Below, piece after piece: positions 37,839 through 50,826 of a stretch of 64,000 nucleotides of DNA. Below the pieces are notes generated by a model. The model made no database searches. It was not told the origin of the DNA and was given only the letters and a program-made list of their open reading frames with translations. The position numbers were made by a program, and so were the translations under genes. The first letter of the stretch is position 1; each line of letters opens with the position of its first letter. The DNA is from Haliotis cracherodii (taxonomy: Eukaryota): positions 47,430,001 through 47,494,000 of the forward strand of contig NW_027266286.1 in the NCBI RefSeq assembly GCF_022045235.1, read 5' to 3'.

Positions 37839-38479
37839 AGTAGCACAGAACAGCATTAATATTCCACTTGTTGACCTTTTGTCATAGTACAAGGGTTATT
37901 TCCCTTTGACTGCTAGACCCACCCACAAACTGTAGGGACTTCCTGGTAATATGACATATACTTGTGTGCTGTGTCAGGGGTGAAAAGTGCTTAGTCAGCT
38001 AATACTACAAAAGCCTAATATTCGTAGTCTGTGAGAGAAATTAAAATACAGTTTACAATGTCCCTGATTTAATGCCTTTTTTTGCTATCTATTTTCCAAT
38101 GGATACAAATATGCATTAAAATATGTTCATTAAAGTTGATTTGAGCATTGCAGATAAGTGTTTTAGATGTTTTAGTTTTTAAAAAATATGTTCAGTTAAA
38201 CTTTTTTTCTGTTGGCATAAGTAGTATCACTGATAATCTGATTGGAATATTTGATGATGGATGTCACTCAGAAAGAGCATTGCCATGATATTCTGCATAT
38301 GAATAAACAAAGTTCTTTGTCATCAAACCTCCATCTAGAACTGATACATCTTCCTGCCACATAATCCTGCTACATAGACATACACTCGAGAGCCCTCCTG
38401 AAGTGGATGTTGTCAGCTTTACTGCCTGGTGCTGTGTAAGAGTGTTGTAGCTGACAGGGGTGGGTGACAAGGGCATCCT

Positions 38480-38822
38480 GTGACTTGGGTGCGGGAGACA
38501 GACATCACCGCCCACCCTGGCCATGTCACACCAACAGGTTAACAACTGCTTCGTGTGTCTGGGATGATGAGTGACGTGGGTGGGAGGCAGACATCACGGC
38601 CCACCCTGGCCATGTCACACCAACAGGTTAACAACTGCTTCATGTGTCTATGATGATCAGTGACGTGGGTGGGAGGCAGTCATCACCGCCCACCCTGGCC
38701 ATGTCACACCAACAGGTTAACAACTGCTTCATGTGTCCTGGATGATCAGTGACGTGGGTGGGAGGCAGACATCACCGACCACCCTGGCCATGTCGCACTG
38801 CTTCATGTGTCCGGGATGATCA
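38480..38822. repeat. Tandem repeat, ~90-bp unit x~4
   Basis: gtgac starts at 38480, 38571, 38660, 38749. Confidence 0.93.
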
Positions 38823-39134
38823 TTCCAGAACAGCACCCATCATGTCACATCAACATTGCCACCTTACTATCAAGATATGTATCGTAACACTAGAAAAGGG
38901 ATTGTTTCAGCACTACTGTTGTCTTGACTGTAGTTCTATGCTGCGGGGTTCATGGGGCTGATCCTAAGCAGGGTTCAAACTTTAGGTGGGTCCTGGGGTC
39001 ATCGAGGTTTGCTTGTATAGTATTTGAATCCAGGGATCTCCTGAATATTTCACTTTTACATTATTTGCATGCTTGATTTAAAAGACAAGCAAGTACCCTG
39101 TGGTTTTATCTTTTGATAGTTATGTGTTTCCTTT

Positions 39135-39245
39135 TGCCTGGATGTAGTGAACTGATGCTCATGCTATCAACCACTGGTTTGCCTTGCCTGAATTGATCAT
39201 TTACAGACCACCGTGATACAGCTGGAATGTTGTTGACTGTTGAAC
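39135..39245 (+). mobile_element. Diverged family 1 3' fragment
   Basis: gatgctcatgctatcaaccactgg..tttacagaccaccgtgatacagctggaat. Confidence 0.65.
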
Positions 39246-40157
39246 CAATATTCATTTCTGAAAGCTCATTCACTACTATTGTGGATGGAAGCATTCCCAT
39301 GATATTTTTGCACATATAAATTTCAAAGATTCAGCCTGAATATGACTGAAGCCGGTACATTCATGCCGGGGCTCTTAACATGGAACTGATTATGATGTAT
39401 ATCATGGAATATTTGACACAGAATAGAACCCTATTTGTATGACCTGCATCATAAATCAAATCTGAGAAAAACAAGTTCTCCTCATATCCATGATCAGCAT
39501 ACCTCCTGTGTTGTGAAGGTACAAGTGATCTATGACTTTGTTGCCATGGAGATCCCATGATGAGCAATTTGTCCCCTGTATCAGGATACACACATGCAGG
39601 GAGGTGGGGATCGGGTGTCACAAGTGGAGGGACTTCAAAGACCCCCTCCCTTTGATGTAGTGTGCCGCTGTCCCCCTCATTGTGTCCCTGGTGTTCGCTG
39701 GTGGGGTCCGGCCGCTCTGCTGCATATTTACCATTGCTCCCATGTCCACCTGTCGGAGGGTGGAGATATATGCAGGCAAGGGACTGCCGACACTGTCAGC
39801 TCAAACAGTGTTGACACTGACTGTGTCCCTGAGGCTGGGTTCAGTTTACCAGGAAGTGGTCACAATAAGTCCACACAACCTGAGACTGGGTGAGACAATG
39901 AGAGCAGATTACTTGGAGAACACCCTGAATGTGCTCTTGCTACAGCTAATGCTAATATGGATCTGCTAATGCTCTTAGGGGTAGACGCCATAAATTGTCC
40001 TTAATTCCATTCAGGCTCGGTTTTCAAATAAAGTACAAACATTTCAGGAGAAAAGTACTAGTTCTTACAGCTTTTTACTAGTTATGTGAATAATTGATAT
40101 AAAATTGGATGTCAAAATGAAAAGTATTGATGTGTGAGTAAGTGAATATTTATTTCC

Positions 40158-41342
40158 ATGTTGTTGTTGTGGTGGTGGTGGTGGTGGTGGTGGTGGTGGC
40201 GGCATCCATGAGGTGATGGTGGTGGCGAGCATGTGGTGGTAGTGATCTGCGCATGATGGTCTGCCTGTGGTGTTCTGACTGTGGAGGTCTGCCTATGGTG
40301 GTCTGACTGGTTGTCCATCAGTGGTGATCTGGTTCTGATGGTCCACCCGTGATGGTCTGACTATGGTGGTCTGACTGTGCTGGTCTGACTGTGTTGGTAT
40401 GACTGTGCTGGTATGCCTGTGATGGTAGTGGTGTGGTAGTCTGACTGTACTGGTATGCCTGTGGTGGTAGTCTGCCTGTGATGGTATGCCTGTGATGGTA
40501 GTGGTGTGGTAGTCTGACTGTGCTGGTATGACTGTGATGGTAGTGGTGTGGTAGTCTGCCTATGCTGGTATGCCTGTGATGGTAGTGGTGTGGTAGTCTG
40601 ACAGTGTTGGTCCGACTATGGTTGTCTGACTGGGATGGTCTGCCTGTGCTGGTATGCCTGTGATGGTGGTGGTGTGGTTGTCTGACTGTGCTGGTCTGAC
40701 TGTGCTAGCCTAACTGTGCTGGTCTGACTGTGATGGTGGTGGTCTGACAGTGCTTGTGTGACTCTGATGGCCTGGCTGTGCTGGTATGCCTGTGATGGTG
40801 CTGGTGTGGCTGTGCTGGTCTGACTGTGCTGGTCTGACTGATGGTGGTGGTCTGACTGTGATGGTGGTGGTCTGACTGTGATGGTGGTGGTCTGACTGAT
40901 GGTGGTGGTCTGACTGTGCTTGTGTGACTCTGATGGCCTGGCGGTGCTGGTATGCCTGTGATGGTGCTGGTCTGGCTGTGATGGTCTGACTATTATGGTC
41001 TGACTGTGCTGGCCTAACTTTGCTGGTCTGACTGGGATGGTGGTGGTCTGACTGCTTGTCTGACTGTGATGGTCTGGGTGTGCTGGTATGCCTGTGATGG
41101 TGGTGGTCTGGCTGAGCTGGTATGCCTGTGATGGTGGTGGTCTGACTGTGCTTGTCTGACTGGGATGGTGGTGGTCTGACTGTGATGGTCTGACTGTGAT
41201 GGTCTGGGTGTGCTGGTATGCCTGTGATGGTGGTGGTCTGACTGCTTGTCTGACTGTGATGGTCTGGGTGTGCTGGTATGCCTATGATGGTGGTGGTCTG
41301 GCTGAGCTGGTATGCCTATGATGGTGGTGGTGTGGTGGTGGC
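40158..41342. repeat. Complex GT-rich repeat grading from (GTT)n/(GGT)n into tggtctgactg/tggtatgcctg modules
   Basis: Direct reading. Confidence 0.9.
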
Positions 41343-41956
41343 CAGGAAGCAGGAAGAACATGTCAAGTGTCCCCCACTCTGTGCCAGGTGTAGGCCAGGC
41401 CTTGGACCCACCTCCGACCTTGTTCAAGTACTACACACATACCAGGCCAAGTACTTACCTACATGAAGAGGCTAGCTTCCTCACTGCTCTTTGCCATATA
41501 TTAGAACTTTCTGTGGCTGTGTTTTTTGTTTTCTTATACTAATTAAAATATTTACAAACACAAAAAATGTTTGGATTAAGGTTGTCAGTGCTGAACACAC
41601 AGACTCTTATTCCTTGATGTAAGCCACCTATTGCGGCCATGTCAATGTTCTTCGTGGGCGTATGCTCTATAGTGATATATCATCCCCTGCCAACATTGAA
41701 TTCAGAGGCTGCCAATGCCCTTCTTAGCTTAAACAGGTTCTGTGTGTTTGTGTTGCCAACTTACGTGTAAAGATTCTTAAATATTCTTTAACTCACAGCT
41801 GAAATGGGAATGCTCATATTTTTATGAGCACATTGAACATTGAACTGGCAAAAATATATGCATATATTGTGTACATCAAGACATACTGAGAGTCTACTGG
41901 CCGCAACATGTGCTTCCTAACAAGTTGTCAAATATCTCATTATAATCCTGTGGCAT

Positions 41957-42104
41957 NNNNNNNNNNNNNNNNNNNNNNNNNNNNNNNNNNNNNNNNNNNN
42001 NNNNNNNNNNNNNNNNNNNNNNNNNNNNNNNNNNNNNNNNNNNNNNNNNNNNNNNNNNNNNNNNNNNNNNNNNNNNNNNNNNNNNNNNNNNNNNNNNNNN
42101 NNNN
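41957..42104. other. Assembly gap (148 N)
   Basis: Run of N. Confidence 1.
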
Positions 42105-42500
42105 TTCTATATTTGTTTTAAGTGGTAGCCTTATTCTTAGGAGTCAGCTACGGCCTCTATGATGTGCTAATGTAGATCTTCATTGTGAAATTTGGCCAGT
42201 CTGAGTGGGTATATGAGCCCCAGACCATTGCACTGACTGATAAACCACATGCATGTATAGACTCCTCCACTTGTCAGCAGTTGTTGGTAGATGGTGACAA
42301 GTGCTGGTGATACTCAGCGATGTAATGATACACTGAAGTATCGCAGGATCAAGTTCAGTGAAGTATCAAGAGTTTTGTCTAAGTAGCGCTGTGTTTGGTC
42401 CAAGCTGATAGGGAGGTTGTTGAACCAGGAATTTAACGTACACCGTATTTCCTCGAACAGATGTTCTCTGTAGAAACTGGGTCAAGCCTGATTTACTTAC

Positions 42501-42739
42501 TTTGTTTGTTTGTTGTTTAACGCCTCACTCAGCAGTATTACAGATATATGATGGCAGTCTGTAAATAATGGAGTCTGGACCAGAAAATCCAGTGATTGAC
42601 ATCATGAGCATTGATCTACGCAGTTGGGATACGATGACGTGCTTCAATCAAGTAAGCAAGTCTGACCACCTGATCCAGTTAGTCGCCTCTTACAACATTC
42701 ATGGGTTGCTGAATATTTTAACCTGGATCTTCACGGGTC
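42501..42739 (-). mobile_element. Family 1 retroposon, full length, single-hairpin variant
   Basis: Reverse complement starts gacccgtgaagatcc; one copy of the gtaagaggcgact motif. Confidence 0.88.
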
Positions 42740-43236
42740 CATACCAGACTGGGAGAATAGAGACGTGGATCCTCTTGAGGATGTTAGTGCTATCATCATG
42801 ACTACCATTCTACAACAATCGTAGTACATGTGTATAAGGATCACTTTGGGGAGCAGGGTAAATGAATGATCCCAAACTTGTGATAAGGAAATAGTGGCCG
42901 GACCTCTGATAGAGGCCAGGTCTCATTTTGTATGCACTGGGGCATCTGAAAACATGCTTTTGGGGGCACCTTTTAGAGGATAGGCTCTGTCTGGTGTTGA
43001 TGACCAGTGATATTATGCAGGAAGTAGTTGAACTACAAGTGGTTGCAAGAGTACATGGGTCTAACAGGTTGGGAAATAACACATGTATCAAATACCAAAG
43101 TTATCTCGTTTGTAATAAGAGTTTGTTTCCAAGGGTCTGAAGGAATCTCAGTCGGATCATCCATTATAGAAGTCAGACTGAGTGATTGAGTAAATGTTAA
43201 ACCCTCCTAGATCACTGCAGCCTGATACAATTGGGA

Positions 43237-43660
43237 TAGCATGAACCATGATTAATGCTAGAATATGAACAATGATCAATGCTGTAGCATGAACAATGAT
43301 CAAAGCCATAGCATGAACAAAGATCAAAGCCATAGCATGAACAATGATCAAAGCCATAGCATGAACAATGATCAAAGCCATAGCATGAACAATGATCAAA
43401 GCCATAGCATGAACAATGATCAAGGACATAGCATGAACAATGATCAAAGCCATAGCATGAACAATGATCAAAGCCATAGCATGAACAATGATCAAAGCCA
43501 TAGCATGAACAATGATCAAGGACATAGCATGAACAATGATCAAAGCCATAGCATGAACAATGATCAAAGCCATAGCATGAACAATGATCAAAGCCATAGC
43601 ATGAACAATGATCAAGGACATAGCATGAACAATGATCAAGGACATAGCATGAACATTGAC
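43237..43660. repeat. Minisatellite, 24-bp unit x~17
   Basis: tagcatgaacaatgatcaaagcca. Confidence 0.96.
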
Positions 43661-45100
43661 CAGTGCCATCAGCACCAGTGAGGAAAATGTCTGCATCGCA
43701 CCAAAGACCTGGGTTAAAGCCCCTCATCGTTACAATGAGAGATACACATTCCCTGCATCACCATGACGTCAGTGGTAGAAGTTTGGTAAAAGTGTGTGAC
43801 ACCAAACCCATGCCTTCTATTTGGATGTTGTGTATGTCCCTGAGTCTCAGTCTCCGTGTGCTGATGACAGTGCAAGACATGACTGCCTCACTCACCTGTG
43901 TTGGTAGCTAAAAACTTTCTGACATGATAGTCCTGAAACCTGGAGTACATGTCTCCATCTGTCCTGGTCATGTTGATACCTGGAAATGGAATATACACTT
44001 GTCCCCAGGGCTAAAGACTGGACAGAAAGTACAAACTCATAATTTTCTGCCCAAGTCGTATTACAATTTATTGAACTCTTTCTCGGATGATTTTATGACT
44101 GGTGGCAGTTTAATGAGTTTATATAGAGAGACTACACCTGACTCCTTCATGTGAGAGTAAGTCGAGGCGGGACATGTGTCGTATCACTGTCAGAAGTCGT
44201 GTAGTTCAGTATAAGTAATCTCCCATCATGCATCACTTCCTCGACAGTAAACAGAAACATTCCAGCCAGGAATCTAGCAGGACATAATTTGCTTAAGCCA
44301 TATTCTCCAAGCAGAAAGACTCCAGGTAAACCTGGCTCTCACAAAGCTGGGTATGATTACCTGATAAGGGATGTAGGTGAGGTGAATGTGATCCCAGGGG
44401 ACCAGGGGGGGACCGGGGGGGACCGGGAGGGACCGGGGCAGCCCCTCACTGCCTCATTTCCCACCTCAGTACACCCTGACAAAGCCCCCTGTTGTGGCGA
44501 GTGCTGATCCCTGTGTCCACCCTGTTATTACCCTATTTTGAGGCCCCTTTTGGGTACAGCGGGAGTCAGAGAACCCTTCCTCTCCTCAACACTCTTTATG
44601 AACACTTATTATAGGGTTCATTTGTGTGGCTAAGAAAGTGATGACTCTCTCCGAATGTAGGTTAAAAACAGTTGTCAATCAAAATGCTTGTCCATTTCAT
44701 TCCTGGCTATCTCTTATGAAGCAAAATGTTTGAAGTAGTTTGTTATGAAAATCACATTATTGTTATAGATCTTTTAATAACTGGTTGGTTTTTTTTCTCA
44801 CGTATGTCTCTGACAACCCTCCCATACAGACCCTGAAACAAATATATCCAATACAGCCCTTGCAAGTCTATTATATTTGGCAAGTCTAGATTACTGCAGT
44901 ATCAACAAGTCTCGGGGCTCCTCTTTATTATTTTTTTAACCATAATTTAACAACTTTTTTTTTTCTGTAAAATATGTTCATTTCAGAGACTAGATGTTAG
45001 TCTAACCCTCCCCCTTAATGACATCTTTTTTCAAAAAACATCTGCTGGTCCTCTCTCTCTCAGCCCATTCTGTAATAGATGACATGTTACTGTCAGGATG

Positions 45101-45105
<5 letters not shown>

Positions 45106-45153
<48 letters not shown>
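45106..45153. repeat. (CA)n microsatellite
   Basis: Direct reading. Confidence 0.98.
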
Positions 45154-45156
<3 letters not shown>

Positions 45157-45897
45157 GACTTAGGTGACATGATCCATTGTGCCCTGGTGATGAGGATCGG
45201 TGCTCATAATATCAATCACTAGACTATCTTGACCTTATCACTCACCAAGACACAAATCCAAAACCTGTGTCTAGAAAAGTTTCTCTTGGTCTAAAATGTT
45301 CTGAAAATGATGTCAAGCATGACACTTCAAAAGTGTTTGGCCCGGACTGGTCACTGATTCTCACGACTCCTGCTGTGCCAGAGAATGAATGAATGATGAA
45401 CATTGCAAGTAGGTTAATAGTCTCACTGCCCTATCTGGTAAAGTATCATACACTGCCACAATTGCTGTTATACCGTCCAGGTAGAATCAACCACCAATTT
45501 CACATGTCAAAATACGGAACCTTATCTGATGCCACGGAGATCAATAAGCAAATTTGAAAGTAAGCAGAAGCATTTCAGTGCCATGCTGGGACTATCAACA
45601 AATAAAACCATTTTGTCCTGTGTGTTATTACCCAGTCAGTGCGAGGAGCAGACAATAGACTGTGGGACCCTACCATTGACAGGGTAATCACACAGCAACA
45701 CACCACCACTTGGTGGTCTATGATATTTGTCATAGTTTTCGCACATAATTTTCATATGTGTCATTCTAACTATTGCAGGATAATCACTCTGCTAAAGGTC
45801 ATGGTATCAGCCTTGGGGTGATGTCATGTTTGGACAAGTGTAATGAAGTGAGAAAATCCCATAGTGGTCAGTTGATGTGGTGGATGTTTTTCTGCAG

Positions 45898-46276
45898 TGG
45901 TTTTACGGCTGTGCCTGCATTGGTTTTACGGCTGTGCCTGGTGGTTTTTTAATGCTGTGCCTAATAGGGTAATACTGCTCTGCCTGGATTGGTTTTACGG
46001 CTGTGCCTGATGGGGTTTTACTGCTGTGCCTGCATTGGTTTTACGGCTGTGCCTGATGGGGTTTTACAGCTGTGCCTAATGGGGTTTTACTGCTGTGCCT
46101 GCATTGGTTTTACGGCTGTGTCTGATGGGGTTTTACAGCTGTGCCTGCATTGGTTTTACGGCTGTGCCTGATGGGGTTTTACAGCTGTGCCTAATGGGGT
46201 TTTACTGCTGTGCCTGCATTGGTTTTACGGCTGTGCCTGATGGGGTTTTACAGCTGTGCCTGCATTGGTTTTACGG
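45898..46276. repeat. Minisatellite, ~23-bp unit x~16, fused to a retroposon 3' end
   Basis: ggttttacggctgtgcctgcatt / ggttttacagctgtgcctgatgg. Confidence 0.92.
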
Positions 46277-46874
46277 CAATATTCTAGCTACCAGTATATG
46301 ATGGCAGTCTGCAAATAATCAAGTTTGGACCAGATAATCCAGTGATTGATATCATGAGCATCTATCCACACAAGTGGGATGCAATGACATGCATCAACAA
46401 AGTCAGCAAGCCTGACCACTCGATCCTATCAGTTGCCTCTTACAACACGCATGGGTTGCTGAAGATGTTTGTTTGTTTGTTTGTTGTTTAAGGCCGCACT
46501 CAGCAATATTCCAGCTATATGATGGAGATCTGTAAATAATCGAGGCTGAACCAGACAATCCAGTGATCGACATAATGAGCATCGCACGACGCAATCAGAA
46601 TAAGATGACATGCATCAACCAAGTCAGCGAGCCTGACCACCCAATCCCGTTTACTTTGTATAATATATTTAAAGATTTGTTTAAAACGTCTATATTTTGC
46701 TCTTTGACATGTTCGATGTGGACCCAGTGTGCGATAATTTTATTTTCAATAACATCACGGAAAATAGCGAATACTTTTTTAATTTATCGATGTAAAATGA
46801 TAAATTGAAAAGGAATACGTATTTCCGACATCGGGGTTGCTGAAGACCTATTCTAACCCAGATCTTCACTGGTC
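46270..46874 (-). mobile_element. Family 1 retroposon with a second, chimeric family 1 copy (46466-46833) inserted in its head
   Basis: 13-bp direct repeat gggttgctgaaga at 46453-46465 and 46834-46846; host head resumes at 46847-46874. Confidence 0.82.
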
Positions 46875-49353
46875 TAGTATTAGTGATGTAGCACTGATGA
46901 AGAAACACTTCATCACTCATAAAATATACACCTGAACACAAGGAATACACTCAACAGTGACAATGAAGGAGGAGGCATTGTCATTCTGAAGACCAGGGAA
47001 CTTCCCCCATCTTCCTTCAGGATAAATGTCAACAAGGCTTCAAAATTAATGGAAAAAGCACTTAGCTAGTATTGTGATTGCAAACACCATTATGAATCGC
47101 TTTCAGTAATTGTTTGTGATCCTAAAACAGATTTGATGAAATGACACGTTTGAGTTGTCTTTTGTAACAAACATTGACATCATCTTCTCATATTCTCATA
47201 AGGTACGCTAAGAAGGCGAAGGTTGAGATTTGAATTTGTCTGTCATTCAGAGCCTGAAACAGAAATATAAAAAAAACAATGATGGCAATCCATAATAGTT
47301 TGGCAAGTCTAGATTTCTTTAGCGTCAGGGCAAATATTTCCCAAAAAAAGAAGAGATTCTCTTGCCACCTTTCTAAGTTCTATTATCCTTTTTCTTTTCT
47401 TAATTATTTTTATTTCAGCAACAAAATGTTAGTCAAGATTAGAAAAAAAACAATTATAGTACTGGAAACCAACTCAATTTTCCAAGCTCTTGGCCAAGCA
47501 ATGATAACACATAGTCACTTGATAAAATGAAAGACAATTCAGACAATAAAGTTGTCTTGACATAGGGCTGATTGGTGTGTGAGTGAAGAAGTGGGTCTTT
47601 CTTTCACTGCATATAAACAAAAGGATCTTAATATTTTTGAGAGTCCGGTCATAAGTTGATGAACGAGTGTCGTCTGAGGAGAGGATGTGAGTGACCTTGA
47701 GCTGATGAGTCATATGTAGGTTACCTCCCTTCGACCATAGCAAGGCCATGTGGCGTCCAGCTTGTGCCTGATCACCTGGTGACCATTCCAAGCTACATGT
47801 ATAACATAGTGCCATCCAGTTCCCCACATACTGTCTTGTACCTGGCACCAAGTTGCATCCCTGTATTTTATGTTATAGTTTAATCCATGTTTTATGGGTC
47901 TCATTGGCCATATTCAAGCATTTAAAAATGTAATAATTGTTCAAGGGAATCAGTATATACTTATGTATCATTGTTCATCACACATCAGGACAAAATTGAA
48001 TGTTGGAACTGAAATTTCTATCACATTATACTGCAGTATCAATGGATTTCTCATATCGCAATGTTCCTTATATTTGAAATGATTTTCTATGTTTATCATC
48101 TGATTTTTTTCGTAGATCACAAGATTCCTCGTGTAGTCGAAAGATTATGTAATGTATGTAGCAGAGGATTGCTTACCGGTATTTGAAATTTCATTACATT
48201 TTGGAGGATTCTTGATATTTAAGATTCTTTGGATATTCCTATATTTCCTATCCATGTTGGAGGATTCTTTATATGTGTTGAAAGATTGTATGTGTTAGAA
48301 GTTCATATGGAAAGATTCTAATAATGTAGTGTAATTATGTATATCAGAATGTACTTTACCTATATATCAGAAAGTTCTCAATATGTTCTTAGAGATTGTT
48401 TGAACTTTGTGCGAGATGTACGATGGAGTGCTGAGGCTATAGGTCAGAAGGTTTGACCAGTTGTCCATGTGACAGGTGATGGATGTCTGGCTGTTCTTGA
48501 CCAGTATTCACCATTACTGATGACTAACTCAGGACAGGAGAACACATTGACATGTAAAGGATTCAATTTCTGGTTAATTTCATCCACTTACTTCTCATAT
48601 TTTGACATTTGACAAACTTCTGCATGACCAAATAGCCAAGGTGTTATCCATGACAACAAAATATGATTTATACTTGAATAAAGAAAGATAGATGATGATG
48701 TACTGAGCCATGATAAAATAAGTTTGATTTATGAGTGGTTGATAAAATCACCACCAGTTCACATTGTGGAGGTGAAGAATGTTTTGTCTGGGAGGGCCCA
48801 TGTTGTTACTGGACAATGGCAGTGGGCAGTCCGCTGACCAGTGTGTGTGTGACCCCCTGGGGGGACATAGGACCGCTGGGATGGTGGGTGGGGGAGGTCG
48901 GCCACCCGACAACTGGCTTCCCAACAAGGTCAAGCTTACGTGTCATACGTGTAGGATAAGAACGTCGTCGAGCTCCACCACCGTGGGAGATAATTCATCT
49001 ATCAATAAAAGATAATCATGCTAATTGATTATTATGACAATCCATTTCAACTTATCTTCTCACACTATTTTTTAAATGTCCTATATTCTGACCCCAGGAT
49101 GTTTGACTTATTTTCAAATTTTCAGTTTTTCTAACTGTTGACATGTCACACAAGATGCCTTCTCATCAAGACTGGTTCCTTTCTGTGCTTGCACTGCATT
49201 ATCTTTAGGATGTGTTGAGTCCCACCTTTTTACACCCAGTGCCTAAAAACAGGGAAGGGGAATCAATGACATGATTTAACTCAGACAAAATGCTGATAAT
49301 ACACCTTTTATTTGGAACATTTTCACAATTTGGACTGCTAGTTATGTTGTTAT

Positions 49354-49843
49354 ATCATCTGATTCTTGGGATTGTCACTCAAACAGAGTCTTTGGAGTGT
49401 CACTCAAACTGAGTCTTGGGATTGTCACTCAACAGAGTCTTTGGATTGTCACATCATCTGATTCTTGGGATTGTCACTCAAACAGAGTCTTTGGATTGTC
49501 ACGTCATCTGATTCTTGGGATTGTCACTCAAACAGAGTCCTTGGATTGTCACATCATCTGATTCATGGGATTGTCACTCAAACAGAGTCTTTGGATTGTC
49601 ACTCAAACAGAGTCTTTGGATTGTCACGTCATCTGATTCTTGGGATTGTCACTCAAACAGAGTCTTTGGAGTGTCACTCAAACTGAGTCTTGGGATTGTC
49701 ACTCAACAGAGTCTTTGGATTGTCACATCATCTGATTCTTGGGATTGTCACTCAAACAGAGTCTTTGGATTGTCACGTCATCTGATTCTTGGGATTGTCA
49801 CTCAAACAGAGTCTTTGGATTGTCACATCATCTGATTCGTGGG
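49354..49843. repeat. Compound minisatellite built from two ggattgtcac-containing sub-units (~50-bp period)
   Basis: attcttgggattgtcactcaaacagagtctttggattgtcacatcatctg. Confidence 0.93.
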
Positions 49844-50672
49844 TTAACACTTTACACTATATTTACAATATTGGCATACAGTCATCTAATTCTAAACACA
49901 TAGACAGTTTAAGAAGGTCATGTCAGACATAGAAATTATGATAATTCTACAGAGATATGAATCTGTGATATTAATTTTACTGTACACATGTTCACTCACT
50001 CACTCTTCAGAGTGGAAGTATGTGTTTTGTCTTTTTGTCCTCTTCTATCATGTATAATATGAGACGTGCAACATTGAAAATTGCAGATTTTTTATTATCA
50101 CAGTTGCAGGTTACTGGGTCACCATCTGCCAAGGGGGCTCCGTCCGGTTGTGTGTATGAGAGTTGCCTGTAGGCGGGATCTTAAATCTGGGAACAGTTTT
50201 GAACATGTTCTTTTGAAATATGTTGCCATATTTTAGAGATAAAAGTCACGAACTAATAATTAACAGATAAGAATAATTTTAGTAGCTCAAGTTATTTCCA
50301 CATGGAATGCTATAAAGTATTCTTCATAATGAACTTGGTGACATCATTTAAGCTGTGATTATACTTCACATCACATTACATTATACTTCTTATCTTACCA
50401 TTTTTAAAGGAAAGACATCCATGTACATCTATGTTCTAAGTTTTAAGTTGACACACAAAAGAGAGAAAGGTGGGTGTGTGTTGGGGTGATGTTGGAAGGA
50501 CACTTTCTTTATAAATATATAGTTGTTAATCTGAAGGAAGGAGACCTGATGATGATGATGATGGATGTCTGACAAAACCTCTGGGGAACATTCCACCTTG
50601 CTATTGTATGACTGAAACACTGTCCGAACGTCTTATACTCACTCACTTGGAAGGGAATAGTGACTCACCTGA

Positions 50673-50826
50673 GGGGGCAGTGGCGTAGCCCAGTGGTTAA
50701 GGTGTTAACTTGACATGTAAAAGACCTGGGTTCGACTCTCCGTATGGGTATTGGGTAAAACCCATTTATGATGACCCAGCTGTGCTATGACTGGAATGTT
50801 GCTAAAGCAGTGTAAACCTGACTGGC
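50673..50826 (+). mobile_element. Diverged family 2 SINE
   Basis: A box tagcccagtgg, B box ggttcgactc, flanking tcacctga repeat. Confidence 0.75.

Noticed and set aside
43157-43727. Cys/His-rich (DHCSCYGF)n, (MALIIVHA)n and (MNNDQSHS)n ORFs
   Set aside because: 24-bp repeat open in several frames on both strands; no evidence favouring any frame.
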